Part shown: positions 25,215 through 37,276 of the stretch, piece after piece
How positions within the stretch are numbered: the first letter of the stretch is position 1
Layout: each line of letters begins with the position of its first letter
Origin: Macrostomum lignano
Taxonomy: Eukaryota
DNA: 64,000 nt
Direction of reading: 5' to 3'
Assembly (NCBI GenBank): GCA_002269645.1
Contig: NIVC01003956.1
Span: 3,573 to 67,572 of the forward strand
Position numbers and translations under genes: made by a program
The notes under the pieces: generated by a model
Databases searched by the model: none
What the model was told of the DNA's origin: nothing
What the model saw: the letters and a program-made list of their open reading frames with translations, nothing else

Positions 25215-25610
25215 TTATAAGGGTGATTCCATGTCTAGTAAAATATTCTTAGGTTCCTTTGTAGTTTTATTGATGCATACATAATACAACTGGTAGGTGG
25301 GATAAGAATTTTTATAGTCTGATAGTTTCTGATAATTCTTTTCACGACTTGATGAATTTTCCGTGTTATCAGAAGATTTAAGCTCTAATGCAATCTTTCG
25401 CTCAACTTGAACCAGGTCTATCTTTTTTACCTTCTCGAATCCAAAATAATTTTCTGCTAAAATTTCATATAGTCTGCTTAGTCTCATTTGAATAACTTTA
25501 ATCTTGTGTGAAATTATTAACTCTTCTTAGAAAAGATCATGAAGAATTTGATCATACCCAACCTTATCATCAATTGGTTTCAGAAGGATTTTTCGAATTG
25601 TTTGCTCCAT
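25215..25610 (-). pseudogene. PD-(D/E)xK restriction-endonuclease-like ORF with one in-frame stop, possibly viral
   Basis: ATG at 25610 is in frame with the 90-aa ORF across one TAA; motif IDLVQVERKIALELKSSDNTENSSSREKNYQKL. Family resemblance is from recall only. Confidence 0.6.
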
Positions 25611-25688
25611 TTTTACTTTAGAAAATTTAACAAGTACTTATTTGATGACTAGCAAGGACATTGACTTTCTCACTCAGGCCACAACGTA

Positions 25689-25818
25689 ACCTGCGAAAGA
25701 ATACCCTGGAATATGAAATTCGCCAGGATTTTCCAGTAGAGAAGATGGGTGGTAGTTTTGTTATAGCTGACTGAATATCTAAAGCATTTCCTAGAAACAA
25801 TGGTTTACTGAAGGCCAT
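25689..25818 (-). pseudogene. N-terminal fragment of a parvovirus-VP1u/Polinton-type PLA2-like protein
   Basis: DIQSAITKLPPIF, then after a frameshift LLENPGEFHIPGYSFAG, resembling the Ca-binding-loop motif HxPGYxYxGPG. Truncated before the HD catalytic motif. Confidence 0.5.
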
Positions 25819-27009
25819 TTTATATGTATAAAATTTACTATTGTTAAATTAAATGACACTTTCATATTCTGTATACCTGAAATTGCATTGAATTGACCTG
25901 TGAATACTACTTTTCTCATGGTTTTAGAGCTGGAATCGTGAAAATTGCACTTTTTCAAAATATTTGAAAATCACAAAAAACCGCTGTTTTCAAACCATTT
26001 TCACCTGTTTTTAGTCATTTTTTACTTATTTTTAGTGATTTTAAAAATGAGTGAGAAACAATGCGGCAGACTAAAGCTATATCGTTAGGCACATATATAA
26101 CGTGTAATAAAAGCTTAATATATTAGTACCATTGATTTAGTAGTATTAAAACAGTAAGAGGTAATATGATATTAAGGCTGAGCGCAGCTAATTGCTGATC
26201 GTCAATGTTATTAATGTAATTATTTTTGTTATAGTTATTAATTATCCTCCGGGCGTCGGCACTTAGGTGGTACTAATAAGTACATGAGGCCGTTGATTGG
26301 GATACAGGCCGCCTTGAACCTACACCGTATGTTGTCGAGGGCTTCGAACATTGCCCTTTCTCACTAGGGCCCTCCCGCTCTGCATTTGGCCTCTTGTATC
26401 ACACTGCGTCTTCTTCATCTTGGCCCTCCCCACAGGGCCTCTCCTCACTTGGCTGTCTGTCTCTGGTTCCAGCACCACTTGCAATATGATGGCTGAATAC
26501 CACTCTTCGCCGTACTATTCCCGCACCTCCATTCGCGTTGGCTCGTACATTAGCGCCTCATCCATTGCTCGCCAGTCATCGAATGTGAAGCCTTGGTACT
26601 GGCCAAGTGTCAGTTTTTTTCTCGGACTTCTCCAGAATTTTGCCGTTGTCCATGAAGAAAATAATGAAGCAAATACCCGTCCTTGCCGGCATGTTTCAAA
26701 TGTAATGTAATGCTGGAAATATAATGCAGACTGTGGAAACAACGAATTTTGCAGTCAGAGTGGGAATATACTACATTAAAATTCACGTAAAACGATTGAG
26801 TTGTTTTCAAATAATTGAAAAGCGTCTAGTCGCATGATGAAAATTCGAAGCCCTAAAACACAAACATTTGTAATTAAAAACGAAAAAACAATATTTTGCA
26901 CCCCTTTCTACTATCGCAAGTAATAAAACCAGCTGGAGAATTTCAAAGGGTCATTTTTCAGCTGACTAATCAAATTTTATCAGACTGTCGAAAATTTCAG
27001 GTCGCAGGT

Positions 27010-27590
27010 TCATAAAGTTCCATAATTAAAAATTAACCCTAAACAAACTGACTTCTCGGCAAATGGAACATTTACACAGCGGCAGAAAAGGTTTATTAAT
27101 TTTTGGATCGTCGGATCTAAACGGACCATTGTGAATGAATAACGGACCCACAAAAGTACAATGATGACGAACTTTTTAACCATAAAGAAACTGCAATCCG
27201 GCCTTTTAGGGTAATTGAACGCTAAAATTAGAATTTTTCTGCCAAAGCCGACGCACCCCTTACAAGAACACTTCGGCATCCGAAAGACGTCCGCCTGAGC
27301 CTATTACACCGGGCTGATCAAGGCCAGTCTCGGAGGACAAGCAGATGACCATGTCATCTGCGAATGCTGCAGAATTAACCGTCTCCTCACCTGTTGGAAA
27401 GGCAAAATTCAGATACAAGCTAGCTAGGACCTCATTGACGACAAAATTGAAAAGGATGAGTGATAAAGAGTCACCCTGCTTAACTCCTCTACCTAGCCTG
27501 ATCTTCTCCCCGAAGACTTCGGTAGTATTGTTACTGTAAAGACTTTTAACTAATTGATTAGTAATTCCGGTATTCCTAGTCTCGCAGGTC
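27010..27590 (-). mobile_element. R2/NeSL-like non-LTR reverse transcriptase fragment
   Basis: GRGVKQGDSLSLILFN and AAFADDMV motifs; frameshifted continuation toward 27010. Confidence 0.85.
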
Positions 27591-27596
27591 ATCATA

Positions 27597-27725
27597 CTCG
27601 GGTAGCTTCTTCAACGCGTTGTCGATTGGGAGTCAGAAGTCACAGCCAAACAACAGGTAGTGCGGCGTGAAACCTGTCACCAGGTGTACACTGGAGCGGA
27701 GAGCCATCAGGCAGGCTGGGAGGAA
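27597..27725 (-). mobile_element. Ty3/Gypsy integrase fragment
   Basis: My translation LPACLMALRSSVHLVTGFTPHYLLFG resembles the integrase ORF at 44998-45966. Confidence 0.7.
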
Positions 27726-27894
27726 GGTAGATTCATGGATTCATTCTTTAGGAATTTGACCCTTTAAAAATCGAGTAGAATTTTTGGGAATGCAATAGGT
27801 TTCGAGAATCATTTAGCATAGTTTTTGCATTTTATCTTACTACTTCTAGTAGTCCGCTTTGTACTGAATTTTGGAGATCTCTACAGCAGCCGTT

Positions 27895-28100
27895 ATTTAC
27901 ACTGCTTAGCAAAATGATTTGCCTAAATGCACTTTGTGCAGGACTTTTTCAGGTTGGGCATTTTTTCTTTTCTCAGTTTGTGTTGTCCGCCACAGAATTT
28001 GCAGGCCATCCTGGAAGTGTTGGTCGGCGGTTTTCGGTTCCTTCGTCGGCTGTTTTTCCTCATAGGCGGCATGATGAATGCTTTTTTCATTAGGTGGATT
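27895..28100 (-). mobile_element. Degenerate Gypsy gag zinc-knuckle fragment
   Basis: My translation CKFCGGQH...SCTKC..NHFAKQC, with disruptions. Confidence 0.6.
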
Positions 28101-28821
28101 TGTTCCTCAGTGTAAATAAGTTGTGATTAACAGTCACGATGGATCTTTTCTTATGCAATGATCCGCATTATTTTCTTATGCGGCATAAAACGCTCTTAAT
28201 TCATTTTTAAATCTTTTCACGGCGGGAAGCTTTGGAACAGGCTAGAAGTAATATTGTACGAGCTAGATCACACTGATCGATAAACTACTCAAGTATTTGG
28301 AAGTAGACTTTTGCAACCAACATTGGATACTTGCCAATTCATTCAAAGTATATCTATAATAACCTACTGAAACTATGTTAGGCAATCGCCTCGGAGATTC
28401 TGCAGAGTCATTCTCCGAGTTTCATTTGGTTATTGAAATGTATCCCACGAATGCAAGGAGCGGAGAATATTGACTAAATTCGCGGAGATTATGAGTATTC
28501 TCTGCTCCCCGTATTCGCGGGACGTTTTGTCTATGGTAGAAGAAAGTGTTCAATCAACCTCACTCTGGCTCAAGGCGGTCTATGGCAGCAGAAGTTACTT
28601 AGTGAGAATATCCACTAGCAAAGCACTAGCGACATTGACAAGGCGTACAGGCAAAGTGGGATACATTCTTATAACCTTGTCAAGTACTTGGATCTATTGC
28701 GACCAACTGACCAGGAAACTTGCCAAGTCATTTAAAGCAGACCATTCTGATAAATTGTCAAATACTTGTGAGTAGGCATTGTGATCAATATTGTCTACTC
28801 TTCATGTATCACAAAGTATTA

Positions 28822-30255
28822 TAGCATTTTGCTAGCTAGTAGAGAATGCGAGCAAGCAATTAAATAATTGATACCAAAATCAATGGATTTTCTTATTGTC
28901 TATGGTGAAAGGCATGAGCATTACTGCAACCAAATAAATAATGCGGGCACGCAATTGATAAAATCTCAGCGAATTTCTATTGCTCTTCAAACATCAAAGT
29001 TCAAAGATCGACAGCTAACCGTGATACTGTATATTTAATAAGCCAAAAGGTAGTACAAAAAAGTGACTATGTAATATGACGAACCAGAGAAAAAAACTGG
29101 TACGCACAACTCAGGGAAAAGTATAAAATGAAAATAAAAGATTTTATTCAGTGAAGCTCTCCGATATGACAGAAATCAAACAATGTCCTCTCCAGCGACA
29201 CGTCTAGGGATGAAGCGGAGTGCATTCCGAAACCATGCTCCACACTTGGCCGGTGTGATTCTGGAAGTTGCTTCCTCTGCAATTCTCTAAAGAACGAGAA
29301 TTCGCCACTCGCATTGTGTTGTCTGTGGAGGCGGATTGTCAAGTTTAAGCTGAATTTGGGGCAGAGACAACTGAGATTTTATTGACGCCTCAGGCCTCAA
29401 GCCTCACGCCGATGTGGAATCGAGCACCGTCCATTATGATGCAGAATTGACCCACATTCTCGTTGACTTCTCTATTGTTGACAGCGTCAAGTAACTCCTC
29501 GATGAAAAATTGAAACACGTCTGGCCAAAAATCTTGTGGTGTACCAGGCCGAGTCCAGATGAGTTTGCTAAGCAGTGTAAATCTCAGCCTAAGCACTTCA
29601 GCGTGATCAGATGTTTGTCTAGAGATCTTGCTAAGTGTGGCCTCGCTCACCTGAAGACCTTCAAACAAATGCTGCAGTGTGCGCTGCAACTCTTTTAGTG
29701 TCAGTAATGGATTGGCAACCAGTGAATCCAGAAGCAGTTGCACGTGCTGGTTTCCTAGCTCTGACGTTCAATCTCCTCGACGGAGTCGATCGCGGCGTCC
29801 CGTCAGTTCATAGTGCCGTTGGATTGTATACACAGTTTGTGCCTTCCATTAAAAAACCTGGAAATCGGCACAGCACTGTCTCCTCGCTCAAGCGCACTCA
29901 CTACCAGTTCATATTTTTCACATCTTGTCCATTCATATCCAGTTAATATCTTGGCGTATGGACCCCGTGCGGTTGCCGCCTGAACTGGTTCTCCAGGAGC
30001 GTTCTCCGCGGTGACAAAACTCTCTCCATCCTCCTCCACATTTTCGTCATCCTCGATTTTGATTGCGTCCATTTCGAGCTGCTATCGAGATCAGTTCACA
30101 TAAGAACTGAGAAAATTTATCAATTGCGTGCTCGCATTATTTTTTGGTTGCAGGAATGCCCATAGCTTTGAACATAGACTATAAAAAATTCCACTGACTT
30201 TGCTATCGATTATTTAATTGCTTGCTCGCGTTCTCTACTAGCTTGCAAAATGCTA
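28822..30255 (-). mobile_element. IS630/Tc1/mariner-superfamily element with a decayed, internally deleted transposase
   Basis: About 148-bp imperfect TIRs (28822-28969, 30107-30255) flanked by TA; HTH-like LTLKELQRTLQ...VSEATLSK and DDE-like CIIMDGARFH. Confidence 0.8.
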
Positions 30256-30260
30256 TATAT

Positions 30261-31305
30261 ATATTGTCCCATGACTGAGCGTGCGTTTTTGGTCCAAAAA
30301 GCGTGCATTAATCTTTCAGGCTATGGCCCAACCCTATGCGGCGTAGCCAAAAAAGCGTGCAGATAATTAAAAAAGCGTGCAGATGATGAAGTAGAAGACG
30401 ACGTTGTAGTACGTCTTATGCAGAAGGAGAGCGGGAGTGCTACGGTCGAAGTAGTCACCCAGTTTCTGTAGGTCCGATGGCTCCATGGCCTGGAAGTGGT
30501 CCACGCGGCCACCGCAGGCAAAGAAAAGACGCCCACCGGCCTTCAGCATTTGATTTGCAGAGTAGAATTGACCATCGGAAATGATGTTGATGCCCCGGTT
30601 CTTCATCAGGTAGCGGAACAAGGCAGCGCTAATGCACACGAGGCTGCTAGGAGCATACGGCTGGCCATCAGTCTTGCGAAGAGTGCCGTAAAAGTAGCGC
30701 AGGCCAACGCTCAGCTCCTCAGGTTGCGAGGTGTCCAAATTGACGCGCAGGTGCGGATACTTGGCCAAGAAATCGCGAAATTTCGCGACGTATTGAGCCT
30801 CATGCTTCTTAGATGATTTTACATCGGTCTCTTGCTCCAGCACCCGGATTGATGCGTCAAGGTCGATCGAGGCCAAGTCGTCGTTCAAATCAGGGATGGG
30901 GTCGAATAGGCGGTTCAGCTCCTCGCTGTCGTCCACACTAGTTGCTTGGAGACGTAACTGCTCGTCCACAAGCTTCTCAACGTTGGCCCACTCCAAATGG
31001 TGGGAAATCTCACCGGCCGTCATGCCACTTCTCATGCCGTTAGGAAATAATGAATCCATATGGGGCCAAACTCACGATCAGAAGCTTGTGCATAGCAAGA
31101 AATTGTCTATGGTCACAAAGAAAATGTCTATGGTAGGAACTCCTAGCTGCACGAACAAAAAGCGTGCAGATAATAAAGTACAGTGCTGTGACGAAGAATT
31201 TTTTCAACGCACGCTCAGTCATGAGACAATATGCCTACTCGTGCGATAATAGTCTATGGCACTCGTGCGCTTTGCGCACTCGAGCCAAGACTATTATCGC
31301 ACTCG
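30261..31305 (-). mobile_element. Crypton (tyrosine-recombinase, DUF3504/KCTD1-like) element, 3'-truncated; ORF 30367-31059
   Basis: LRYFYGTLRKTDGQPYAPSSLVCISAALFRYL and INIISDGQFYSANQML. Inverted subterminal blocks at 30261-30290 and 31203-31231; hairpin GTGCGATAATAGTC...GACTATTATCGCAC at about 31241-31303. Confidence 0.85.
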
Positions 31306-31659
31306 AAAGCCTAGTAGTAATCTTACATTAACTTTGCGTATTTCGTATTGAAGTAGAATGCTGTTTGCTTCCCGGTTTTACGCACTTAAGTTTACCTTAA
31401 GTCTCGGGCCTCTTCTTGGGAAGTCTTCTTAACTCTTAGTAGCGTAGGCAGTGCTGCCACCAGTTCCTTCAGGTCTCGGCCTTCGGTGAGGTGAGCTTCC
31501 CGTCGGAACGAAATAACAAGTCAACAAACACAGCACGACGTGCAGATTTGCAGCTCAACGTACAAGGCGTCTCGTCAGCAGCACCTGCCGGGCCTGGGTG
31601 GTACAGAGCGGGCTGAGTTAGCCTCTTGTAGGCTTGGGGTTTGCTTTAGTAGGGTCTCA

Positions 31660-34600
31660 GACAGACCAATAGCAGAGAACCAAGCAGGTCGCAAAACTTC
31701 TTGAAAGCTGAGCCGGTGAAGTTTTTGTTGTTGTTATTTCCGGCCGGTCAGTCCGGGGGGCGGGTTTGAGCCCCGACCTCCTTCAAGAAGTCTATCACCT
31801 GCCTGCTGATGTTGCTGAGCGTCTGGAGGCTCGGGTTTTCGCCGAGGTGCCGTTCTCTGGCCTGTTGGTGAGAGCGGCAAACATTGATCAGGTGCTCCAG
31901 GTCCTCATCGGCTTCGCCGCAGTGCGGAAACGTAGGGCTGTCGGCTTGGCCAATGCGGTGACGGTACTGCTGGAGCAAGGGGAGTGACCAGTTCGGAGTT
32001 GGGCGAGGGACAAGGAGTTCCCAGATCGTACAGCAGCCCGGAGATCGCGCTTTCGCAGGGCCTTGCTGGAAGGAGCGGAGAAGCGCCTGGGAGTCGGTGA
32101 GACACCTGATGCGGTCGGGCATGTGATTGGAGTAGATCCGAAGGACCGCTGCAAGGCCGAGGTGGATGGCTTCCTCTTCGGCCTGGAAGGAGGTAATAAT
32201 TCCAGCCGGGCCGGTGATCCTGTCCACCACGGTGCGGTTCTGGACGATGACGGCTCCGGCGCCGCTGTGGCTGCCGTCCTTGGCCGAGCTATCCGTCCAG
32301 ATCTCGACGTCCGCAGCTGGGAGTTGGTCAAGCGTCTTGAGGGCGGCGAGTTTACGGATGTGAGGCGGGTCCTCCCTGCTCGAGTTGGTCTTCGTGTTTC
32401 AAGAGATGGACACTTTGGACGTATCAGACCAGGGTGGCGGGGCGAGGGTATCCATGGCGCGTGGGGTGTCGATAAGGCCAGCGTCCGTGGAAGCGTTGAT
32501 AGCCTTACCTCGCCAGTCTTGACGGAAGGCGCCCTGTCTTCCGTGCGCACGAAGGCGCGGTCGAGTCGGTGTCTTGTTCGCGAGGCGGGAGAGAGGAGTC
32601 GGTTGGCGTTGCTGAGCGGCCCTCTTGAAGAGTTTGGCGGCCGCAGCCTTAGCGAGGGTCGGGAGAGGGAGCATATCGGCTTCAGCAAGAAGAGCGTTGA
32701 TAGGCGTAGAGCGGCAGCATCCGGTGATGACTCTGGCCGCCGAATTGTGGACGGTTTCGACTTCCCTGCAGCAGCTCTCCGAGGCGATGGTCATCCAGGC
32801 GCTGGCACCGTAAAGAGCGACTGACTGGACGTAGTTCCGGTAGAGCCGGCTCAGCGCTTCGGCGTTTTGGCCCCAGTCGCGGCCCGTTAGGCACCGGAAG
32901 CCACGCTGCCGCCTTCACATGGCGGGACTGTCCGGTGGACTCTGTCCACTGGCAAAGTGAAGCGAAAAACCGGATCCTCCCTGCGGGGAGCCTACCACTA
33001 CGAGTCGGTGAAGTTGGTTCCTTGGTCGGTGTAGAACCAGCATGGTACACCGAACTCGGGGATGAAGCGCTCCTGCAGAAGCTTGATGACTGTCTTGGCT
33101 TTCTGGTTTCTCATCGGGTAGGCGAATGGATACTTCGAAGTCGCATCGCACAAGGTCAGGATGTAGCGGTTGCCGCTCTTGCTCTTCTGCGCGATTGGTC
33201 CTACTACATCACAGTGGATTCTACCCAGAACTTCGCAGACTGGGAAGCTCTGGACCGGAACTCTCTCTCGCCGTCGCGATTTACTTTCAAGGCATGTGCG
33301 GCACTTACTGATTAAGGTCTTGGTAGCACAGGCTAATCCGGGTCTCCAGAACCGTTCTCGTAGCCGCAGTAACGTCTTCGTCTCCACACAGTGGCGAACT
33401 GTGGAGCTCCTGGAGCACCTGGGCGTCAAGGGCCTCAGGCAGAACAACCTTTGGCGGCTGCTGGCCATCGGACAGGTCAATCAGCAGCAGGCCGTTGTCC
33501 TCCTGCAGGTTCTCGTAGTATCCGAGCAGATTCCACTGCTCCTTTGTCAGTCGCAACCGGGCGTCGAACTCAGGCTTCGGGGCTTCGTTCTCGACCAAGT
33601 TGAGCACGTAGCTGAAGGCTCGGTCAGCGCGCTTGGCGTCAACGAACTGTTGGCGAGTCATCGGCAGCTTCAGAAAGTCAGTGAGCACGGTGCGGCATGG
33701 CTTAGGGGTCCGGATTCCCGCAGTCTCCGCTTTAATGGCTCCAGGTCGATCACAGGGCACCGTCTTGTCGGCGTCAGGATTAGGTCGCTCCGAGGGACTT
33801 TGTCTCGCAACGTCGGCGTTCGTCCATTGATCTCGTCTTGAAGTTCTCTTCGTCGCTCTCTTGACAGAAAATTCCGCAGATGGAGCAGTGCACATGCCTC
33901 CACTGCCTAGCCCAGACGACTCTTGGCTGTAGGTCGAGACACAACACGTGAAGCACGCCTCGTCGCAGGCAGCCGTAGCCGTCGGCTCAATCATCGTCGA
34001 ATCTGGGTGAGTCTTCTGCACTGGGCGGTGTCGCAATGTGGGGTTCGACATCCGACCAGGCGATGAGCAGCTGTCTGTCGGCCCGGAAGACGGAGCTTCG
34101 ACCTTGCAGCTGGCGCGAGATTCTGGCCCCTCTCAACATGGCGAGAGATCTCAGCGAAAGGCTCAGAGGGGTTGTAGTTAGATTGCTGTCCTGGAGTTGC
34201 GTTGCGGGATGTCATCAGAAGGGCTGCTGGTGCGGTGGCCTTTGAATTTTCTTTGGGCGTCTCCAGATTCCGAGACCGGAAGTCTTGGGCGTTGTCAAGG
34301 TCTGCGTCAGCGGTGGCCTCTAGGACTTCGTCCAGGTTGGTCTCCAAATAGCGGCAGTCGTGAGCATCGCTGCAGAGAGCTGTTGTCGCAGTGGCCTCTG
34401 GGTTGTCGTCCAGGCGTTGACTGCAGCGGTGGGCGTCGTGCTGAAAGGCTGCTGGCGCAGTGGCTTCCAGGTCTTCGTCAAGGTCAGTCTCGGTCTCCAA
34501 GTAGCGAGGGTGGACAGTCTTCGGGAGGGCTGCTCTGGCAGTGGCCACGGGAGTCGCGTCCATGTCCGGTTCCAGGTCGAGGTCGTCACCTGGTCGGGCT

Positions 34601-35550
34601 GCAGAACCGGGTTGCTCCAGCAGTCGGCCATGCTCGAAGAAGATCGGCGGCCCCTCCGGTCTTCTTGACAGGGCATCAGCGTTGGCGTGGTCCTTGCCTT
34701 TGCGGTGGTTGAGCTGGAAGCGGAACTCGCTTAGGCGTTCGATCCAGCGGCCTAAAATACCTGTGGCCTTAGTTTGGTTCAGTAACCACAGTAAGGCCCG
34801 ATGATCGGATCGAACTTCAAACTTCTTGCCGATTAAGTAGTGACGGAAATGTCGCATAGCGTCCACAATTGCAAGCAGCTCCTTCTTCGTGACCGTGTAG
34901 CGCTTCTCAGGATCGCGAAGAATGCAATTGGACGTTCGACGCCGTCGGATTGCAGTTGTCCAAGACAAGCGCCTATTCGAATATCAGAGGCATCCGTATC
35001 GAGGACAAACTTCACTGCAAGATGAGAATTAAACTCGGGCAGAGTGAGAACTACAGTTGAACATAAGTTCTTCTTCAGAGTGTCGAACGCGTGCTGATGC
35101 TCGGAAGTCCAGTGCTGCCGCAGGTTGCCAATGTCCTTTCGCGTCAGGGCATGCAGCGGCGCAGTCACTCCAGTGTAGCCGTCGACAAACTTGTGGTAGT
35201 AATTGGCGAGGCCCAGGAATTGTCTCAGTTAAGTAACGGACTGTGGCACGGGCCAATTACGGATCTGCGCAATCTTGTCCTCACAGGTCTTCAGGCCGTC
35301 GGGAGTCACGACGTGACCTAAATAATGCAGCTCCTTGAGGAACAAATGACACTTTTTCGGTTTCACTTTGAGGTTGGCTGCGATGATGCGCTAGAGTACA
35401 GTTCGCAAGTTGTCCAGCTGCTCCTTGAAAGTCACTGAGTGCACCACGATGTCGTCCATGTAGCCAAGCGCAGTCTTTGGCGTCAGGCCGTCCAGGAGCT
35501 TATTGATGCAACGCTGAAATCTGCCAGGACTATCGTGGAGACCCATCGGT
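31660..35550 (-). mobile_element. Decayed Ty3/Gypsy pol (RT C-half, RNase H, integrase) interrupted by a LINE
   Basis: GYMDD, VLDTDASD, RSDHRAL, HANADALSR, HCDVVGP and TDQGTNF motifs; several stops and frameshifts. Confidence 0.92.
31724..33001 (-). mobile_element. 5'-truncated Ingi/I-group LINE (RT thumb, partial RNase H, C-terminal Cys motif, (AAC)n tail)
   Basis: NSAARVITGCCRSTP, FQAEEEAI and CLTDSQALL motifs; tail AAATAACAACAACAAAAAC; 14-bp TSD with 1 mismatch (31710-31723, 33002-33015). Confidence 0.85.
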
Positions 35551-36849
35551 AGAGACTGTCGGACTGGGCATTGGCGCCAGGGGAGCCGCAACGGCGACAT
35601 CCGCAGAGCGGCCAGAGGAGCCGCCACCGGCGACGTCCGCAGAGCGGCCAGAGGAGCCGCCGCTGTTGCCGTCGCTTGAAAAAGGTATAAACCTTAGCTC
35701 GCTGCGAAAACTGTACACGCGCCGCAGCTCGGCTGAGTTCATTTCCCCGGGATTTTTTATTTCCGGCATGAAAACACCATTCAGGTTATTGGAAGTTAAT
35801 TTTGCAACCCATACCGGCGGCAACTGAAATTCATAATTTAAAACGATGAATTTTATGAATGATAAACTAAAATAAATTGTATAGCAAAATCTGGATAATT
35901 GCAGAAAGAATAAAAAGAACTCGCCTAAAATAGACTACTTAAAGTTTAATAAATTGTTTTAGGGCTCACCATAAGCCATTCGCACGGCTGCGCGAACCTC
36001 CTTCCGCATCAAATCAACCGTAGGTTGTCGCCCTGACGATTGCGTAAGCTGATTTTCGGATGACAGAAGTTCAAATTTCTAAAAAACGCCGTGCGTCGAT
36101 TAGTATAGGAGATTAAAGAGATAACCAGTATCCATACATTAGATATTACAAGCAGAACCAAACAGAAGGATATTAAAATATAAATTCCTACTGAATTTCT
36201 TTCTTGACATACTCTTGCTAGTCCTTAAATACTGTTATTATAATTACCTGGATAAGACCACACTCCGCGTGGAGAAATTCGTCTAATCCTGGAGACGCGC
36301 ATACACGGAGATTCGTCCCGTCGCGCTTCTTAGAAATAACAACTACATGGTAGTTGTTAAACATCGCACGGGCCTAGACGAAGAATTGCGTAACGTCATT
36401 ATGGAGGGAGAAAAAAACAGTTCAGCCCAACTGCCGATCTGATCATTTACGAAAAAATATATTTCTGATAGCTAAATTCCATATCGTACTTAGCTTTACC
36501 ATACTGTCTATTATTACCAGTTCCTCCAACTCAAGCCCCGATGGGCATCGCTGATGGCTCTGCTCATTTGCCTCCTTGGTAACATTCTAGCACGGCCCTG
36601 TCGTCATCGGTGAGTTTCTTGAACTCATTAGCTAAGAAAGCCATCGGTTCCATCGAAAAGCGGTCTGAAAGATAAATCCAAACAGTTTAAACGAAAACTA
36701 AATTGCTTAAGTCACTGATTTTAAACTTAATGAATAAAATATGCTAAACTTACTGGATCCTCTTAGCTTCACAAACATGGACCATGCACTTCTTTTTCGA
36801 ACTTTGCCAAGGCGGCCTATAGTTAAAATAAAAGCACTTCTGGAAAAGC

Positions 36850-37156
36850 ACTTCTCGCACTTCATCTCAAACATTTCGAGCCAAATTCGAATGTCCATTG
36901 ATGGCTTGTACTTGGCGATTTTAATCTGCTTTTTAATCTGCAGATTCATCTGCCGGTTCATATTTACGAGCAGGTTTTGCAGCAGGTTAGCACTTACGCC
37001 TGCGCCAAGACCTCTAATGAAGTCTGCGTCTGCTCCAAATATGCCACCATCAGGGCTAGCGCATCGAGATGCGGCTGCAGCGGCGGCTGCGCCCCTGTTC
37101 TCATTCGGAATTTGCTCTGAACCACTCTCTAACGAACGGGATCGGTTCAATGACAT
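36850..37156 (-). mobile_element. Gypsy gag N-terminal fragment
   Basis: IKIAKYKPSMDIRIWLEMFEMKC parallels PKPVKYTSSMNFRLWLRSFNAYC in the gag at 61283-62263. Confidence 0.65.
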
Positions 37157-37176
37157 TCTCACTTCTATAAGGCGAG

Positions 37177-37276
37177 AGTAGTAGTATGTTATAAGGGGTT
37201 GCGCCACACTTTATTGCTCGGGCGCATTGCGCGCCAGCTCGCTGGATGACTCAACCCCTTATAACATACTACTACT
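37177..37276. repeat. 100-bp hairpin element with (AGT)3 termini
   Basis: 25-bp perfect inverted arms AGTAGTAGTATGTTATAAGGGGTTG / CAACCCCTTATAACATACTACTACT. Confidence 0.85.

Noticed and set aside
31888-35321. Many long antisense or overlapping ORFs over the GC-rich retroelements (also 58069-58821 and 61274-61915)
   Set aside because: Shadow frames of pol, gag and LINE coding sequence with no motifs of their own.
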